Shown here: in pieces, positions 27,063 through 40,244 of the stretch
Layout: each line of letters opens with the position of its first letter
How positions within the stretch are numbered: the first letter of the stretch is position 1
Source: Octopus sinensis
Taxonomy: Eukaryota
Direction: 5' to 3'
Assembly (NCBI RefSeq): GCF_006345805.1
Contig: NC_043002.1
Location: 7,316,001-7,380,000 of the forward strand
DNA length: 64,000 nt
Notes under the pieces: model-generated
Databases searched by the model: none
What the model was told of the DNA's origin: nothing
What the model saw: the letters and a program-made list of their open reading frames with translations, nothing else
Position numbers and translations under genes: made by a program

Positions 27063-27871
27063 TGCTTCAACACACGAACTCACATAAAGAATCTTGCAAA
27101 CCAAATCCCCAAACAAAACTTCATTAGATATCAAATAAACTGTATCAAATTTGAAACAAACAAAAGGAAATGAAAATACTAAAAAATGTCTCCTCGTGAA
27201 ACTCACGTTCACAAAACTATTTTATTTCTTGTGTAAAAGTTTTAAAACGATGTAACGGATTAAATTTTGACGTTCTTTAAGCTGAGTGTGTTCATTTGGG
27301 GAAAGATAACTCTTGGGAACTGTCGCATCAGTAACATGTTAAATAGTTAACATATTCAACATTACAGACACACACGCACTCACTTGAATCCCTCTCTTCT
27401 CTCTAACATACATTCAACCATAATATCTTTAAACGTGCGATTTACGCACACACACACACCACATACACATTATATACACCTAACTAAATTCCACCAACTC
27501 TATGCTCTGTACCCTATAGCAATTTCTCCAACTACCTTTTAAATTTTTGCGAATAAGCTTTTTTTTTTTTGTTGTCCAACGTACTCCCAAAAAGACGACT
27601 AGATTGATTGCTTTTTATCATGCATTTCATTTTTCACGGTTGACTTCAGGCTAAGCAACCACTTCGCTTAGGTCTAACAAGTAAGCCTTTATGGGGGGGG
27701 GGGGTCGACGTGTTAGAAATAGCAGTCAAACGTCGCTTAAATTACACAGTACTATCTCCCAAGTGGGATTACCCAAATGATGGATAATTTAGTTCACATG
27801 GAATACACATAAAACAAAAGCAGGTCATCAAAATTGGAATACTTTTGATTGTAGGTCACTCTTCTCCCCCC

Positions 27872-27910
<39 letters not shown>

Positions 27911-28208
27911 GAATCAGGAATGACCTGGGGTTAAATAACAGCACTGGTATTATGCTAAGCTATAACAGAGCTGAATATTTTCAGATTCCAAAATGCCTCT
28001 ACCTTAGATTTTAGTCGTATCTAGTTAGCAGTTTCTCAAGGCGAATTGGCAAAATTTTTTAATGCAATCTTTCCACATACAAGAAATAGGAACGAAATCT
28101 CCCTTAAATCGTATTCCTCGCTTTAAATGATGAGGTAATTTAAACAATAAATGTTAAGGCTAGAACACCTTGAACACAAGACCCTACACTGCAGGTTATT
28201 TGAGAATA

Positions 28209-28378
28209 AAAGCGGCGAGCTGGCAGAATCGTTAGCACGCTAAGTTCTGAGTTCAAATTCCGCCGAGGTCGACTTTGCTTTCATCCTTACGCACTGGAAT
28301 CGATGTAATCGACTTAATCCGTTTGTCTGTCCTTGTTTGTCTCTCCTGTGTTTAGCCCCTTGTGGGTAGTAAAGAAAT
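28209..28378 (+). mobile_element. SINE family A with internal deletions and 16-bp TSD
   Basis: AGGTTATTTGAGAATA at 28193-28208 and 28379-28394. Confidence 0.9.
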
Positions 28379-28887
28379 AGGTTATTTGAGAATATCCACT
28401 TTTTATTCAGTTGTCGCATGCCGCTTGTTTTTCTTCTCTAGAATGGAAGTCAATTTCAATAAATATCGATCTTGCTATCAAAATTCATGTCACTGGGCAT
28501 GGGAGTTTTGTCTTGGTTCATTTTCGTATACATTACACGTGTGCGTATGTGTGTACAGTATTCCGTATATCTTAACGTAGATGTACTGTAATAAAGCGGC
28601 AATACCTAGTATTCATCTCGAGAAAGGATTTCCAATTGACGTATAGTGCTGTCAGCATATATATATGTAACACTATAAAATTAGTCAAATTTTCCCCCAA
28701 GAACTTAGTTCAATTTGAAAACTCCACCAGAATGGACAAAAGCGCTAATTAATATATGATATATGATGTATAAAAACATGTAATATATAAATAAATATCT
28801 GTAAATATAAAACCATCCGAATTTCTGAGTACCTCATTTCTTCTAATATAAAATACCTGTACATCATCTCCAAATCTTCTAATATAT

Positions 28888-28993
28888 ATGCACGCACACA
28901 TGGTTCCGTGCTCAGTTCACTGCGCGGCACCTTGGGTAAGTGTCGAAGCGTTGTCAGTGGATTTGATAGAAGGAAACTGAAAGAAGCCCGTCG
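28888..28993 (+). mobile_element. SINE family B, 5' half only
   Basis: CACATGGTTCCG...GGCACCTTGGGTAAGTGTC...GGAAACTGAAAGAAGCCCGTCG. Confidence 0.75.
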
Positions 28994-29759
28994 TGTGGTG
29001 TGTGTGTGTGAGTAACAGTTACTTTGAGTAACAGTTTTGTGATTATTTTGAGAGCTTTAATAGAAAGTATATATATATATACGCATAGACACACACCCAT
29101 TATGAGAAATAAGGAGACAACTAAGGAGCAGAGTAAAAGAGATAAAAGCACCTGTAAAGATATGGATGCACTCCAAAAAACAGGTATTTCTTAGCATCTT
29201 AATTTGCTACAGTAGGCTATATTTTTACAAATATATTTATTGCATAGAATATATATATATACGTTTCTGATACATGTAAGTATATATGCTATAAACGTAT
29301 ATACTGGCAATTATATATGTGTATGTCCGTGTTGTGTGTGTGTGTGTGTGTGTGTGTGTGATCAATCATATTTATTAACATATATTCACCTGTGTGTATA
29401 TGATTGTATAATGACCATATACGCTTGCACGTGTGTGTGTGTGTGTGTAAATTCATTTTTTTTCTCTCGTCGTTTTTTCTCCTTTTCCACTGAAAGCTCT
29501 TTCATTTCTGCTTTTGATCCGAGTTTCAAAGTTTCCGGCAATAATAACCCAACCAAAACCTCCCTTCAGTTTCAAGCAAATCGCTTGATTATTTCCGGTA
29601 AAGAAAAGTACAAAGAGACTAAACAAGTCTAAAAAAAAAAGAAGATAATACTGCAAATAATATCGTAATAACAACACAACCACCGTATGTGCATGTGTGC
29701 CCTTATAAGCGTGTATGTATCTCTATGCATATATGCGCATGTGCTTGTATTTATACATA

Positions 29760-29808
29760 TATTATATATATTATATGTACACACACACACACACATATAT
29801 ATATTATA

Positions 29809-29848
<40 letters not shown>

Positions 29849-29944
29849 GTACATAAAGTACACGTTCTGCTGTGCACATCTACTCACAATGCACAGTCAT
29901 CATCATATTCTCACACACACACACACACACACACACATACTGTT

Positions 29945-30009
<65 letters not shown>

Positions 30010-30010
30010 A
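29760..30010. repeat. Compound (CA)n/(TA)n/(GA)n microsatellite
   Basis: Direct inspection. Confidence 0.9.
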
Positions 30011-30396
30011 AGAAACACGTTTTATTTAACTAAGTCAATTTCCTCGACAATAGTTGCAGTCCAAATCACCGCCCACGACTATATTCCGACAGGCACCACC
30101 AGATCATATTACCAAAGTCATTTAACATGCAATATTCTTTGAGATTATCGTCGTCTCACAAGCGTTATCTCTGAATTTTAGTTACTTGAAATAGTTTTCT
30201 TTCACTTGCTAACACTCTTTTCTATACATAAATAAATACGCCTTACATACGTACATCCAAACACACACAAACACACACACACATACACGCACACCAACAT
30301 ACTTTTCACATACACACGCACACACACATACATATATATGTATATATATATATATACACATACACACGCATATATATATATATATATATAGATATA

Positions 30397-30427
<31 letters not shown>

Positions 30428-30428
<1 letters not shown>

Positions 30429-30606
30429 GGGAGAGTTTACGAAAAAAACAAAAGACGAAGACAGGTGGTGTACAAACAAACAGATGTATTAGTACAACGC
30501 TCAGGAATAGAAAAAGTCTTTTACGTTTCAAGCCTACGCTCTTCTACAGAAAGGGACACAGAAAAAACAAGGAGAGAAAAAAAATGTGTGTAGTGGCTAA
30601 CGATAG
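30428..30606 (-). mobile_element. Short PLE-like non-autonomous element, copy 1 (HHR-like motif at 30518-30553)
   Basis: Closely similar to 33508-33687; minus strand reads CTTT-CTGTAGA-A-GAGC(GTAG)GCTT-GAA-ACGT-A-AAAG. Confidence 0.6.
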
Positions 30607-30684
30607 AAAGAGAGAGTGGGGAGACAGACAGAAGTTTATGTTTACAAACGAAAGAACAGGGCAATATTTTGTAGAGCATGTTTA

Positions 30685-31430
30685 TCAGAACTGACACTTG
30701 CTCAATATTCTACACAAAGGGAGCAAATCTGGTGTTCCGTGGTTGCCAAGCGAACTTCTTAACCATTCGGTCATACGGCGCCTAAAGTCTATAAGCCAAC
30801 TGTCATTGGTTAAGGTAGACCATGTGTTCAAATGTGATGAACGCCGAATGTAACTGGATTGCGGTAGTATAAATGAAACACTTTGTTTTGTGTTGTGATC
30901 ATCGTGGTGGAACCAGCCCACGACGTCGTTATATCCAATGACCTTTTGGTCATCCATAACGGTAAGCTTGGAGCTTTCGAAGAACTCCACATATATAAAT
31001 TCACTGATACCTTGACTACTTTAAGATCTGAAAACCTTGTGCTAGAAAACACCTGCATTTTCTGACACATTGACATATGAGGCAGCTTCATTGACGTAGA
31101 GCCATTTCAGATATTTTGTGCCTGTGTTTTGAGGCGAATTGGAACAGGAGTGTAGAATTTTCCCAATTCATTGACCTAAATGAGATAAAGATGCTGACAG
31201 TAATTATCTGAAAATGTGTTCGTGGTGATTCCTGATAACCATTTCAATATAACCTCATTCTCATATAGATGTTCGATATACAACTGTTTTAGAGAGAAAT
31301 AATTTCCTGAGTATCCTAGTGAAAGGATTTAGACGGTGACGAGTTGGTTACTTTGGTGAGGGTTGTATGGTTGGGTACTTTCCGTTATAGTGAGTGATCC
31401 ATTGAGATCTAATCATGGCAGAAGCAGCTG
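30685..31430 (-). pseudogene. Unidentified decayed coding sequence (viral or transposon relic?)
   Basis: About 245 codons readable with one frameshift and about 4 internal stops: ...SLGYSGNYFSLKQLYIEHLYENEVILKWLSGI...KYLKWLYVNEAASYVNVSENAGVF*HKVFRS*SSQGISEFIYVEFFESSKLTVMDDQKVIGYNDVVGWFHH...; no family recognised. Confidence 0.4.
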
Positions 31431-31459
31431 TCCTTGATGTTGTTTGTGTGAAAATGTAT

Positions 31460-31866
31460 ACTCTTTACTCTTTTACTTGTTTCAGTCATTTGACTGCGGC
31501 CATGCTGGAGCACCGCTTTTAGTCGAGCAAATCGACCCCGGGACTTATTCTTTGTAAGCCCAGTACTTATTTTATAGGTCTCTTTTGCCGAACCGCTAAG
31601 TGACGGGGACGTAAACACACCAGCATTGGTTGTCAAGCAATGCTAGGGGGACAAACACAGACACAAACATATACACACACATATATATATATACATATAT
31701 ACGACAGGCTTCTTTCAGTTTCCGTCTACCAAATCCACTCACAAGGCATTGGTCGGCCCGGGGCTATAGCAGAAGACACTTGCCCAAGATGCCACGCAGT
31801 GGGACTGAACCCGGAACCATGTGGTTGGTTAGCAAGCTACTTACCACATAGCCACTCCTGCGCCTA
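31460..31866 (-). mobile_element. SINE family B, full length
   Basis: Nearly identical to 9328-9750. Confidence 0.92.
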
Positions 31867-33507
31867 TATTGTATTTGTATGCTGGGGGGGGGGGTTAAAT
31901 TTTACGTAGATGCATTCATGCACTCGTATAAAGTAGAAGCTAGGAACTTCGTACGTGTCTCCCGGTTTTTTGGTCATTTTCAATATTTTCCTTTTCAGAC
32001 ACATTGTATCAGCGTGTCCCTTAATATAAACAGTTTAAGGTAGGTTTCGTTGCCAACAGCAAGTTAGCTGATGTCATATGGATGACCTCATTGATTTCAA
32101 GCGATAATTTATGCAATTGCTCACAGTTGTGATTTGAATTATAGTGTAATACAACGTCTACCAATTATCTATTAAGGGAATGGTCGAAGGTGCCCGTGGT
32201 TTCCAATCGCGTCTTGTTATCACTCCAATGCAGAATCGAAAGCCAAATCGATTTTCTGCACCCACAAAAAGTCAAGTCAAAAAATCTTGTTAATATTTTT
32301 TTTTAAGTATTGCAGAAGGAAGGGAAAATACTGTCCGGACATGGACTAACTTTGTCCAGCGAAATCGATTCAGCCTCTCGTCCATTAGCACGATCCAAGT
32401 ACTGGGACAATAAAATAGGTAATTTCCAATACAAAAATATGTGGGCGTATATAATGTTACAAAACCAATATTATTGAACACAGAAGGGGGATCGTTAGGT
32501 CAATAGTTTGGCTATGGAGCAACACAGTGGTCAAAGCAGACAGTTACTTAAATTGTTGCAGTATTCACTTCTGTCACTGGAGGTTGGAGGTTCTCATTTG
32601 GTATCCGACCGTGGTCTGCTTTGTCTTTCTCCCTTCCAAGGACGATACAATAGATGGAATGCCACAGATTGATATAACTTTGAATAACTTTCTTCCTACA
32701 TTCCAGACCTTGTCAGAAATCACAATTACTGAACACTGCGGATCAGGTTTCGATATCCGACGGAAGCCACTTTCAATTAATTTGTGTTGCTGATGGGGTT
32801 CGTAAAAAAAAGAAAAAAATGAAATATTAAATCTTAAAATTATTTTTTCTCATGGAACCACCCACAAGTGTCATACGACTCTCTATAATATATATAACAA
32901 AACAAAATATATTACAGCAATCCATCATCACCTCCTTCAAACTTTCACGATAGATTTAATTAAAGTAAAAGTAAAGACTGGATTTGCATTCCTTTCATTC
33001 GTAAAGTGACGACCAGTTGATTTTGTAAAAATAAATAAAAATAAAGAATAAGAAATAATAATTACAAAAAAAAAAAGATTAGAAATATAGTGCACCACAT
33101 GAAACTGCTTCTTCTGAAGTTGTATTCGGTTGTCTAATTCGATCTACAACTTTTCAAGAAATATATTTTTACACGTCCACCTCGGCATTCAACAGTGGTT
33201 GTATATATACTATTACTGCCCGTGTCAGCAATTTACAAAGATATTTTATTAATTGATATTCAGTTGTATGATTGGATGTGTGCTCATATAACTGTGCGCA
33301 TAATTGTGTTTGTATATGTTTGTGTGTAGATGAGTGTACGTATGTGTACGTACGTATATTGAGACATCTTAATATAATATTGGACGTGGTTGGAAAGTAG
33401 CAGAATATAAAAAGTTACAAGAACTGACTTAGTGATTGAGACACAGACATGTGTGCCGTATACGTGTGTGTATGTGGAGTGTGTCTAAGCATAGGTATAT
33501 AGATAGA

Positions 33508-33687
33508 TAGGGAGAGTTTACGAAAAAAACAGAAGACGAAGACAGGTGGTGTACAAAACAAACAGATGTATTAGTATAACGCTCAGGAATAGAAAAAAGT
33601 CTTTTAAGTATCGAGCCTAAGCTCTTCTACAGAAAGGGACACAGAAAAAAACAAGGAGAGAAAAAAATGTGTGTAGTGGCTAATGAT
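33508..33687 (-). mobile_element. Short PLE-like non-autonomous element, copy 2
   Basis: Direct-orientation repeat of 30428-30606; HHR-like motif more decayed. Confidence 0.6.
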
Positions 33688-33727
33688 CTATCTATCTATC
33701 TATCTATCTATCTATATGGATGGATGG

Positions 33728-33816
<89 letters not shown>

Positions 33817-33835
33817 CATACATACATACATACAT

Positions 33836-33885
<50 letters not shown>
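33688..33885. repeat. (CTAT)n-(GATA)n-(CATA)n-(CA)n compound microsatellite
   Basis: Direct inspection. Confidence 0.95.
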
Positions 33886-33886
<1 letters not shown>

Positions 33887-34595
33887 TAAACAAACACAGA
33901 GGAGTTAGAGAGAGAGGATACCAGTCAGAAATATGACTAACCGGCAAAAACTGAAAAAAATGCAAGTGCACCTTTGTATATGAATTTTTGACAAAAGAGC
34001 TGACTTGTTTATTTAAGAAGTCCCCACCCCCTTCTGCTGAGTAATAGAAAGATAATGACCTTTATAATACTGAGAGAGAGAGAGAGAAAGGTGGGAGAGG
34101 AGAGATAAAGAGGGAGAGAAAAGAAGACAGAAAGAGTATGTGTAAAAGACACACAAAGAAAGTAAGGTGGCGGCTTGTATTAAACATTTAAGACAAAGGA
34201 AATAGGAAGAAACGTGACAGGTGAAGTTAGCTAATAGAGAGGAGAAGAGTAACCAGCAGAAGAATATCAACCACCTCTTCAACAACTGCTAGTAAAACGA
34301 ATGGATTAAATGTGAACGAGATAAAAAAAATGAGAAAAGGCGTGGATTACAGAGTCAGAGCGGAGATTGGATGTGAAAAGGACAGTATGGCGGTGACTGC
34401 AGTGAAAAAAGACAGGATGTTTCGTCCCAGTCAGCCCTGATTAAATACACCTATGATGAAAGGCATTCCAGGTATTATAACCAGCCAGTCCTTTTTCTAT
34501 GCAAAAAGAAACACAGAATCATATGAAAAGAGTATTTTTTTCTAAGACGATGGTTGTAATTGGACTCCTACTTGTTGCTCGTTAGAAAGATTAGC

Positions 34596-34627
<32 letters not shown>

Positions 34628-34682
34628 GTGTGTGTGTGTGTGTGTATGTGTGTGTGGTGTGTGTGTGTGTGTGTGTGTGTGT

Positions 34683-34984
34683 GGAGGCGCAATGGCCTAG
34701 TGGTTAGGGCAGCGGACTCGCGGTCGTAGGATCGCGGTTTCGATTCCCAGACCGGGCGTTGTAAGTGTCTATTGAGCGAAAACACCTAAAAGCTCCACGA
34801 GGCTCCGGCAGGGGGGGGTGGCGATCCCTGCTGTACTCTTTCGCCATAACTTTCTCTCCCTCTTTCTTCTGTAGGCCTGCTCGCTTAGCCAGCGGGGTGG
34901 CGTCATTCGAAGGCTAAAACAGTGCGAAGCGCATTGTGACCAACGATGTGTAACAACATCTGATGGTCTGGTCGGTCACGTGAT
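34683..34984 (+). mobile_element. tRNA-derived SINE, family C, full length
   Basis: A box TGGCCTAGTGG (34693-34703), B-box-like GGTTTCGATTCC (34736-34747), CpG-rich body, 3' end CACGTGAT. Confidence 0.85.
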
Positions 34985-35204
34985 ATATATATATACAGAG
35001 AGATAGGGGGAGGGAGAGATGCGAAAGTCAAAGGCTAACTAACAAGAGCAACAAGTGTGATACGTGTAAAAAGTAAGGAAGTGGAGAAAATGTTTCGGTA
35101 GTGGTTCGGTTTCAGTCTGTATATTTTGTAGTTCAGTGATCGCGTGTTTAAAGTGGATGCAGATGTTAGGTGCGATTATTAGAGGCAACTTTGAGAACCA
35201 AGGA

Positions 35205-35278
<74 letters not shown>

Positions 35279-35940
35279 CAATAACCCAGTTACTATATAC
35301 TTGATGTAGGTTAAGCTCTCTTGATCATTGTCAGATGTGAGGGGTTATACGAAAGACGAAGACTTGAGCCAAGTTATAATACCATTCAAAATTTCATATA
35401 GGACTCAACCTTTCCCAATGAACAGCCACAAGAAAAAGTGCGCGACCTTCAGACAGATCTCCAGCACCCATGAAAAACTCCACTTCAATGCATGATCTAA
35501 TTTCAATTTCATATTGGTACATATAACTTTTAAAAAAATTAGAAAAAGAAATGGATGAAGGGTTGGAAAATCCTACTCTTTTTTTTAATTTTATCTTCTG
35601 AAAGTATTAGATTTTAAAAATTAACGTTGATGATAACAGTATTGTCTTCAACAGATAAAAATATGCTTTCAACGATCGCTAAGAAATGAGCTAGCTTCTC
35701 ATTATCATCGAATTCACTGCGAGATTGGTGATGTAACTTAGCATATTCACCTATGTTGTGTAGATTTCTTAATATTGATTTCTCGCATTGTCTCACATTT
35801 TGGGATGGCCCTGGCCTATTATACAGACTCCACTACTTTGACTGTTACTTTAAAATCCATCCACCGTAGGATTTTAAAATTAAAATTGATTTAGACAGGA
35901 TTTGAACTCATCACATAATTGAAACAACATTAAAAACTAC

Positions 35941-36164
35941 ATGAAGGCGGCGAGCTGGCACACCGGGCGAAATGCTTAGCAGTATTTCGTCTGCCGTTAT
36001 GTTCTGAGTTCTAATTCCGCCGAGGTCGACTTTGCCTTTCATCCTTTCGGGATCGATTAAATAAGTACCAGTTACACACTGGGGTCGATATAGTCGACTT
36101 AATCTCTTTGTCTGTCCTTGTTTGTTCTTTCTATGTTTAGCCCCTTGTCGGCAATAAATAAATA
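35941..36164 (+). mobile_element. SINE family A, full length with 15-bp TSD
   Basis: AACATTAAAA(A/G)CTAC at 35926-35940 and 36165-36179. Confidence 0.9.
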
Positions 36165-36411
36165 AACATTAAAAGCTACGTTTAATTTGTCACTCGAAAC
36201 TTTTGCCACTCGCCGCTTTCAGAGTACGTAATATACAGCTTGTAGCTACTGCATGGCCGACTCAGTTAATATCTACTCTACTTCCACTTGCCCTCTTTTA
36301 CACACACGCACGCACACACAATCTCTCTCTTTCTCACACACACACCACTACTGTTATCAGCAGGAAACCCGCCATAATTAAATTACCCAAGATCGCAAGA
36401 GTACAAGATCA

Positions 36412-36520
36412 TTGGCACGCAGGTCAAAATGCTAAGCAGTATCCCTTCCGATCATTACATTGTGAGTTCACATTCCGCGAGGGTCAACTCTATCTTTTAT
36501 CCTTCCGGAGTCGATAAAGC
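36412..36520 (+). mobile_element. SINE family A, decayed
   Basis: GTGAGTTCACATTCCGCGAGGGTCAACT...ATCCTTCCGGAGTCGATAAA. Confidence 0.65.
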
Positions 36521-37064
36521 AAAGCACATATCATTGCTTGCCTCGTATCAACATTTCAAGCAATAAATTTAAAGTACTCAATGCATAAATAAAGTGTCTG
36601 CGTATTAAAAAAAATACTCTTTGCAGCCACGTAGCTTTGAGTTTAACCTCAATGCGTGGCTCCCTGGATATGAATTGTAATAATGCCCTGAACTGATCTA
36701 TGTCAGCTGAGTGGATTCGATTGGCGGAAACAGCGATGGACTCTTCATGTACGTGAGTGTATATTTGTGTGTATATACATCTTTGTGCGTCCCCGCTTAA
36801 CAACATGCGTTGATTTGTTTGCGTTCCTGTAAATCGGCACGAGAAATCAATATGAGTGTTGACAACATACCCGTTCGTATAAGGTCGGTTACTATTAGCG
36901 TAACTATGAATAAGTTTTATGACTTACTCCGGAAGGATATCAGATACTAAAGAGAGCCCATAAGTGGCTTATGCTAGGCCGGGTGTAGCTCCCTTGAGTA
37001 GCTCCGAAAGCTACATGTTGGACACCATCCTGATCATTGTATTATTTATTTAATGATTAGAAGA

Positions 37065-37074
37065 AGGAGAAGAA

Positions 37075-37107
<33 letters not shown>

Positions 37108-37255
37108 GGAGGAGGAGAAGAAGAAGAAGAAGAAGAAGAAGAAGAAGAAGAAGAAGAAGAAGAAGAAGAAGAAGAAGAAGAAGAAGAAGAAGAAGAAGAG
37201 AAGAAGGAGAAAAAGAAGGAGAAAATGAAGAAAAAGAAGAAGAAGAAGAAGAATT
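37065..37255. repeat. (GAT)n-(GAA)n purine-rich microsatellite
   Basis: Direct inspection. Confidence 0.95.
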
Positions 37256-38842
37256 AAAGACACCGCTATATAAATGTTTCTGCTATTTCAAGGAATTAAA
37301 GGCAAATTATGGATATGGGTCATATGTGCCTGTGTCGGGTACAGAAACGAAGATGTATGTGTGTGTGTGTGTCTGTAATTCGTGTGTGTATGTGAATAGG
37401 TAATTATTGGTGTATGTACGCTTGTAAATCTATATGTATATATATATAAGTACACACGTATCTAACACAACGATGCATGAAGAAGCAGTAAATTAAGAAA
37501 AAATCCTCATGTTGAAGAGTCGAATTAGCAAGAGAGAAACAGGAGAGTAAATATGTGTGTGTGTGTGTTTGAGAGGTGTATGTATCTGGGTGTGTGTGGG
37601 AGTGCAAAGGAAAGAATAAAGAAAGTTAAAGAAACAGTAGTAAAAAAATAATAAAAGAAGACGAGAGAGAGATTATGAGAGATTTATAAAGAGAGAGAGA
37701 GGTGAGTGTGAGAAAAACGACAAAGAGAGCGTATCAGGGTAGGTGAACATTAGGAGTAATGCCAAACGTATATTGGGTGAATAGATCAGTCTACATAGTG
37801 GGGGACTTGAACCGTAGCCGCCCCTTTCTCGTATCAAGTTCATCTACTTTAGAAATACTATTTGAATATCGACAGAAATACAGTAAATAAAAATAAAACA
37901 GAATAATAAATATATAAAAGGCTCCTTCAGTTCACGGGAAAAGGGCCCGCCAAGCAGAAAGGATTATGAGCGAATGTTGGAAATAAGTCTAAAGTGTTAA
38001 CGGTGTAAATTTAACAAAATTACTACATATTTGCCCGACAATTTGTAAGAGTAAATGTGATGTGAGGAATACACACATTCCGCGGTTGTGTGTGTGTGTG
38101 TTACAATTTACTAATAGTCATGCGCCTGCACACACACACATACACACACACACACACACACATATATATATTTTTTCTTTTTTCTTTCTTTCTTTTTTAG
38201 TTTCAGCTCAGAGCTGCTGCCATGCTGATGCACCGCCAAATGCAAGTATAATTCCCGAATAAAAATCTGGCATATATATCCAGTGCACATCTTTTTGTTC
38301 AAGAATTGTGATTTTAGAGAAATATACGTATTTATGCGAGTGATAGTGTGTGTATTCTGCTGTTCCCCCTCCTTTTTTTCGCTTAACAGTGTAAAGTATT
38401 ATTCATACCTCCTATACATTCATTCTGACCTGAGATAAGATGCCATGGTGTATTGAGAGAAGATTATTTCTTCAAGGTCACATTTCTAAAAGTATATGCA
38501 CGCCTTTTAATGTAGGACGTAGAGACGATGAAGACAATCTACTGCATATTATTTGGGGCAATTTCTTTTCGTTAGCTTCCGCGTTAGAAACTACGGCCAT
38601 TGGTGGAGGTACGCCTACTTGCTACCGATGGCTCTCAAAGAAGTTGAAATCTAGATTTAGCAATTTCATCAGTCGCTGCTGATGCATTTCAGTACCTTTT
38701 AGCACTGAATGTCTATAGAGGATGCATTCGCAAGACATATTTTTGTGGCTTTCTACTGTATCTCCGCGTTATATACTATTCTGATGACATACTATTCTGA
38801 ACCAATACTGTCTCTGTCGCTAATAACGTGTGTGTGTGTGTG

Positions 38843-39030
38843 TAGTGGAGGTGTGCGGTTTGATGGCTAGGGTGTTGGACTCATGATTGTTGTTTCGATT
38901 CCAGGACCAGTAAACGCGTTGTGTTTTTGAGCAAAACACTTCATTTCACGTTGCTCGACAGAATGGCATCTCGTCCTGTTGGGGAATATATACGCCATTG
39001 AAACCGAGCAACCGGCCTTCATGAGCCTGG
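38843..39030 (+). mobile_element. Decayed tRNA-derived SINE with a family C-like head
   Basis: GTGGAGG...GGCTAGGGTGTTGGACTCATGA...TTTCGATTCCAGGACC...TTGAGCAAAACAC. Confidence 0.6.
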
Positions 39031-39036
39031 TATAGC

Positions 39037-39111
<75 letters not shown>

Positions 39112-39393
39112 GTTTCCTTTCCTGGCATATATATATCACAATGGGAGAGAGAAGGGTGCAGAGAAGAAGTATTTAATAAATATAATAATGTTCCACATAC
39201 AGAAAGGTATCTTAAATGGAACAACAAATATTACTAATATTTCTCGGAGGTGGTCATTAATTTATGTGTGAAGTAGTTGTAGTTGAGGGGGTAGTAGTGG
39301 TGGACAGAACAGGTCAAATTGACCAATTTGAAGAGAGATCTCCATAATTTCTCTAAAGTATTTAGCATCAAAATACCCTTAGAATGCAATCTT

Positions 39394-39446
<53 letters not shown>

Positions 39447-39847
39447 ACACACATATATCTAAAATGCTATTCATGCGCGCGCGCGTGGTGCTTGTGCGTG
39501 TCATGTGGTATCTGTTCGTCTTTTCGGTAAAACTATGAACGTTTATCTGTCTTTCAATCACATATGTGACAATGTTTACCTAGTATATGTTTGTGTGTGT
39601 GTGGGGGGGGGTGTACATAACTACATATACACACTATATTGATCGAAGGTCACATATCTAGAAAGAAAGTGTACACTCAATGGAATCCACTATAGTGTCT
39701 TCAAGTGCACAGTGTTTAATTTTTTCTCTATTGCCAAACCAAATGAACACAGACTTAAATTTCGCTGCCTTGAATACCGTATCCATGAATATCACATCCT
39801 AATATCTGTGACTGCATTTAGCAAAGTAGTAATATTTTTAAGTTGCT

Positions 39848-40244
39848 AGGAGTGGCTGTGTGGTAAGTAGCTTGCTTACCAACCACATGGTTTAGGGTTC
39901 AGTCCCACTACGTGGCACCTTGGGCAAGTGTCTTCTACTATAGCATCGGGCCGACCAAAGCCTAGCGAGTGGATTTGGTAGACGGAAACTGAAAGAAGCC
40001 CGTCGTATATATGTGTATATATGTACGTGTGTGTGTGTGTGTTTGTATGTCTGTTTGTCCCTCCAACATCGCTTGACAACCGATTCTGGTGTGTTTACTT
40101 AGCCCCTTAACTTAGCGGTTCGGCAAAAGAGACCGATAGAATAAGTACTAGGCTTACAAAGATTAAGTCCTGGGGTCGATTTGCTCGACTAAAGGTGGTG
40201 CTCCAGCATGGCCACAGTCAAATGCCTGAAACAAGTAAAAGAGT
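39848..40244 (+). mobile_element. SINE family B, full length
   Basis: Same structure as 5908-6334. Confidence 0.9.

Noticed and set aside
34683-34755. tRNA-like sequences (also 52881-52947 and the family B heads)
   Set aside because: These are SINE heads: no proper acceptor stem, and each is fused to a repeat body.
35614-35796. 60-aa protein-like ORF (MRQCEKSILRNL...), and similarly 10443-10688 and 38440-38682
   Set aside because: Their length is within chance expectation and I recognise no motif or exon boundaries.
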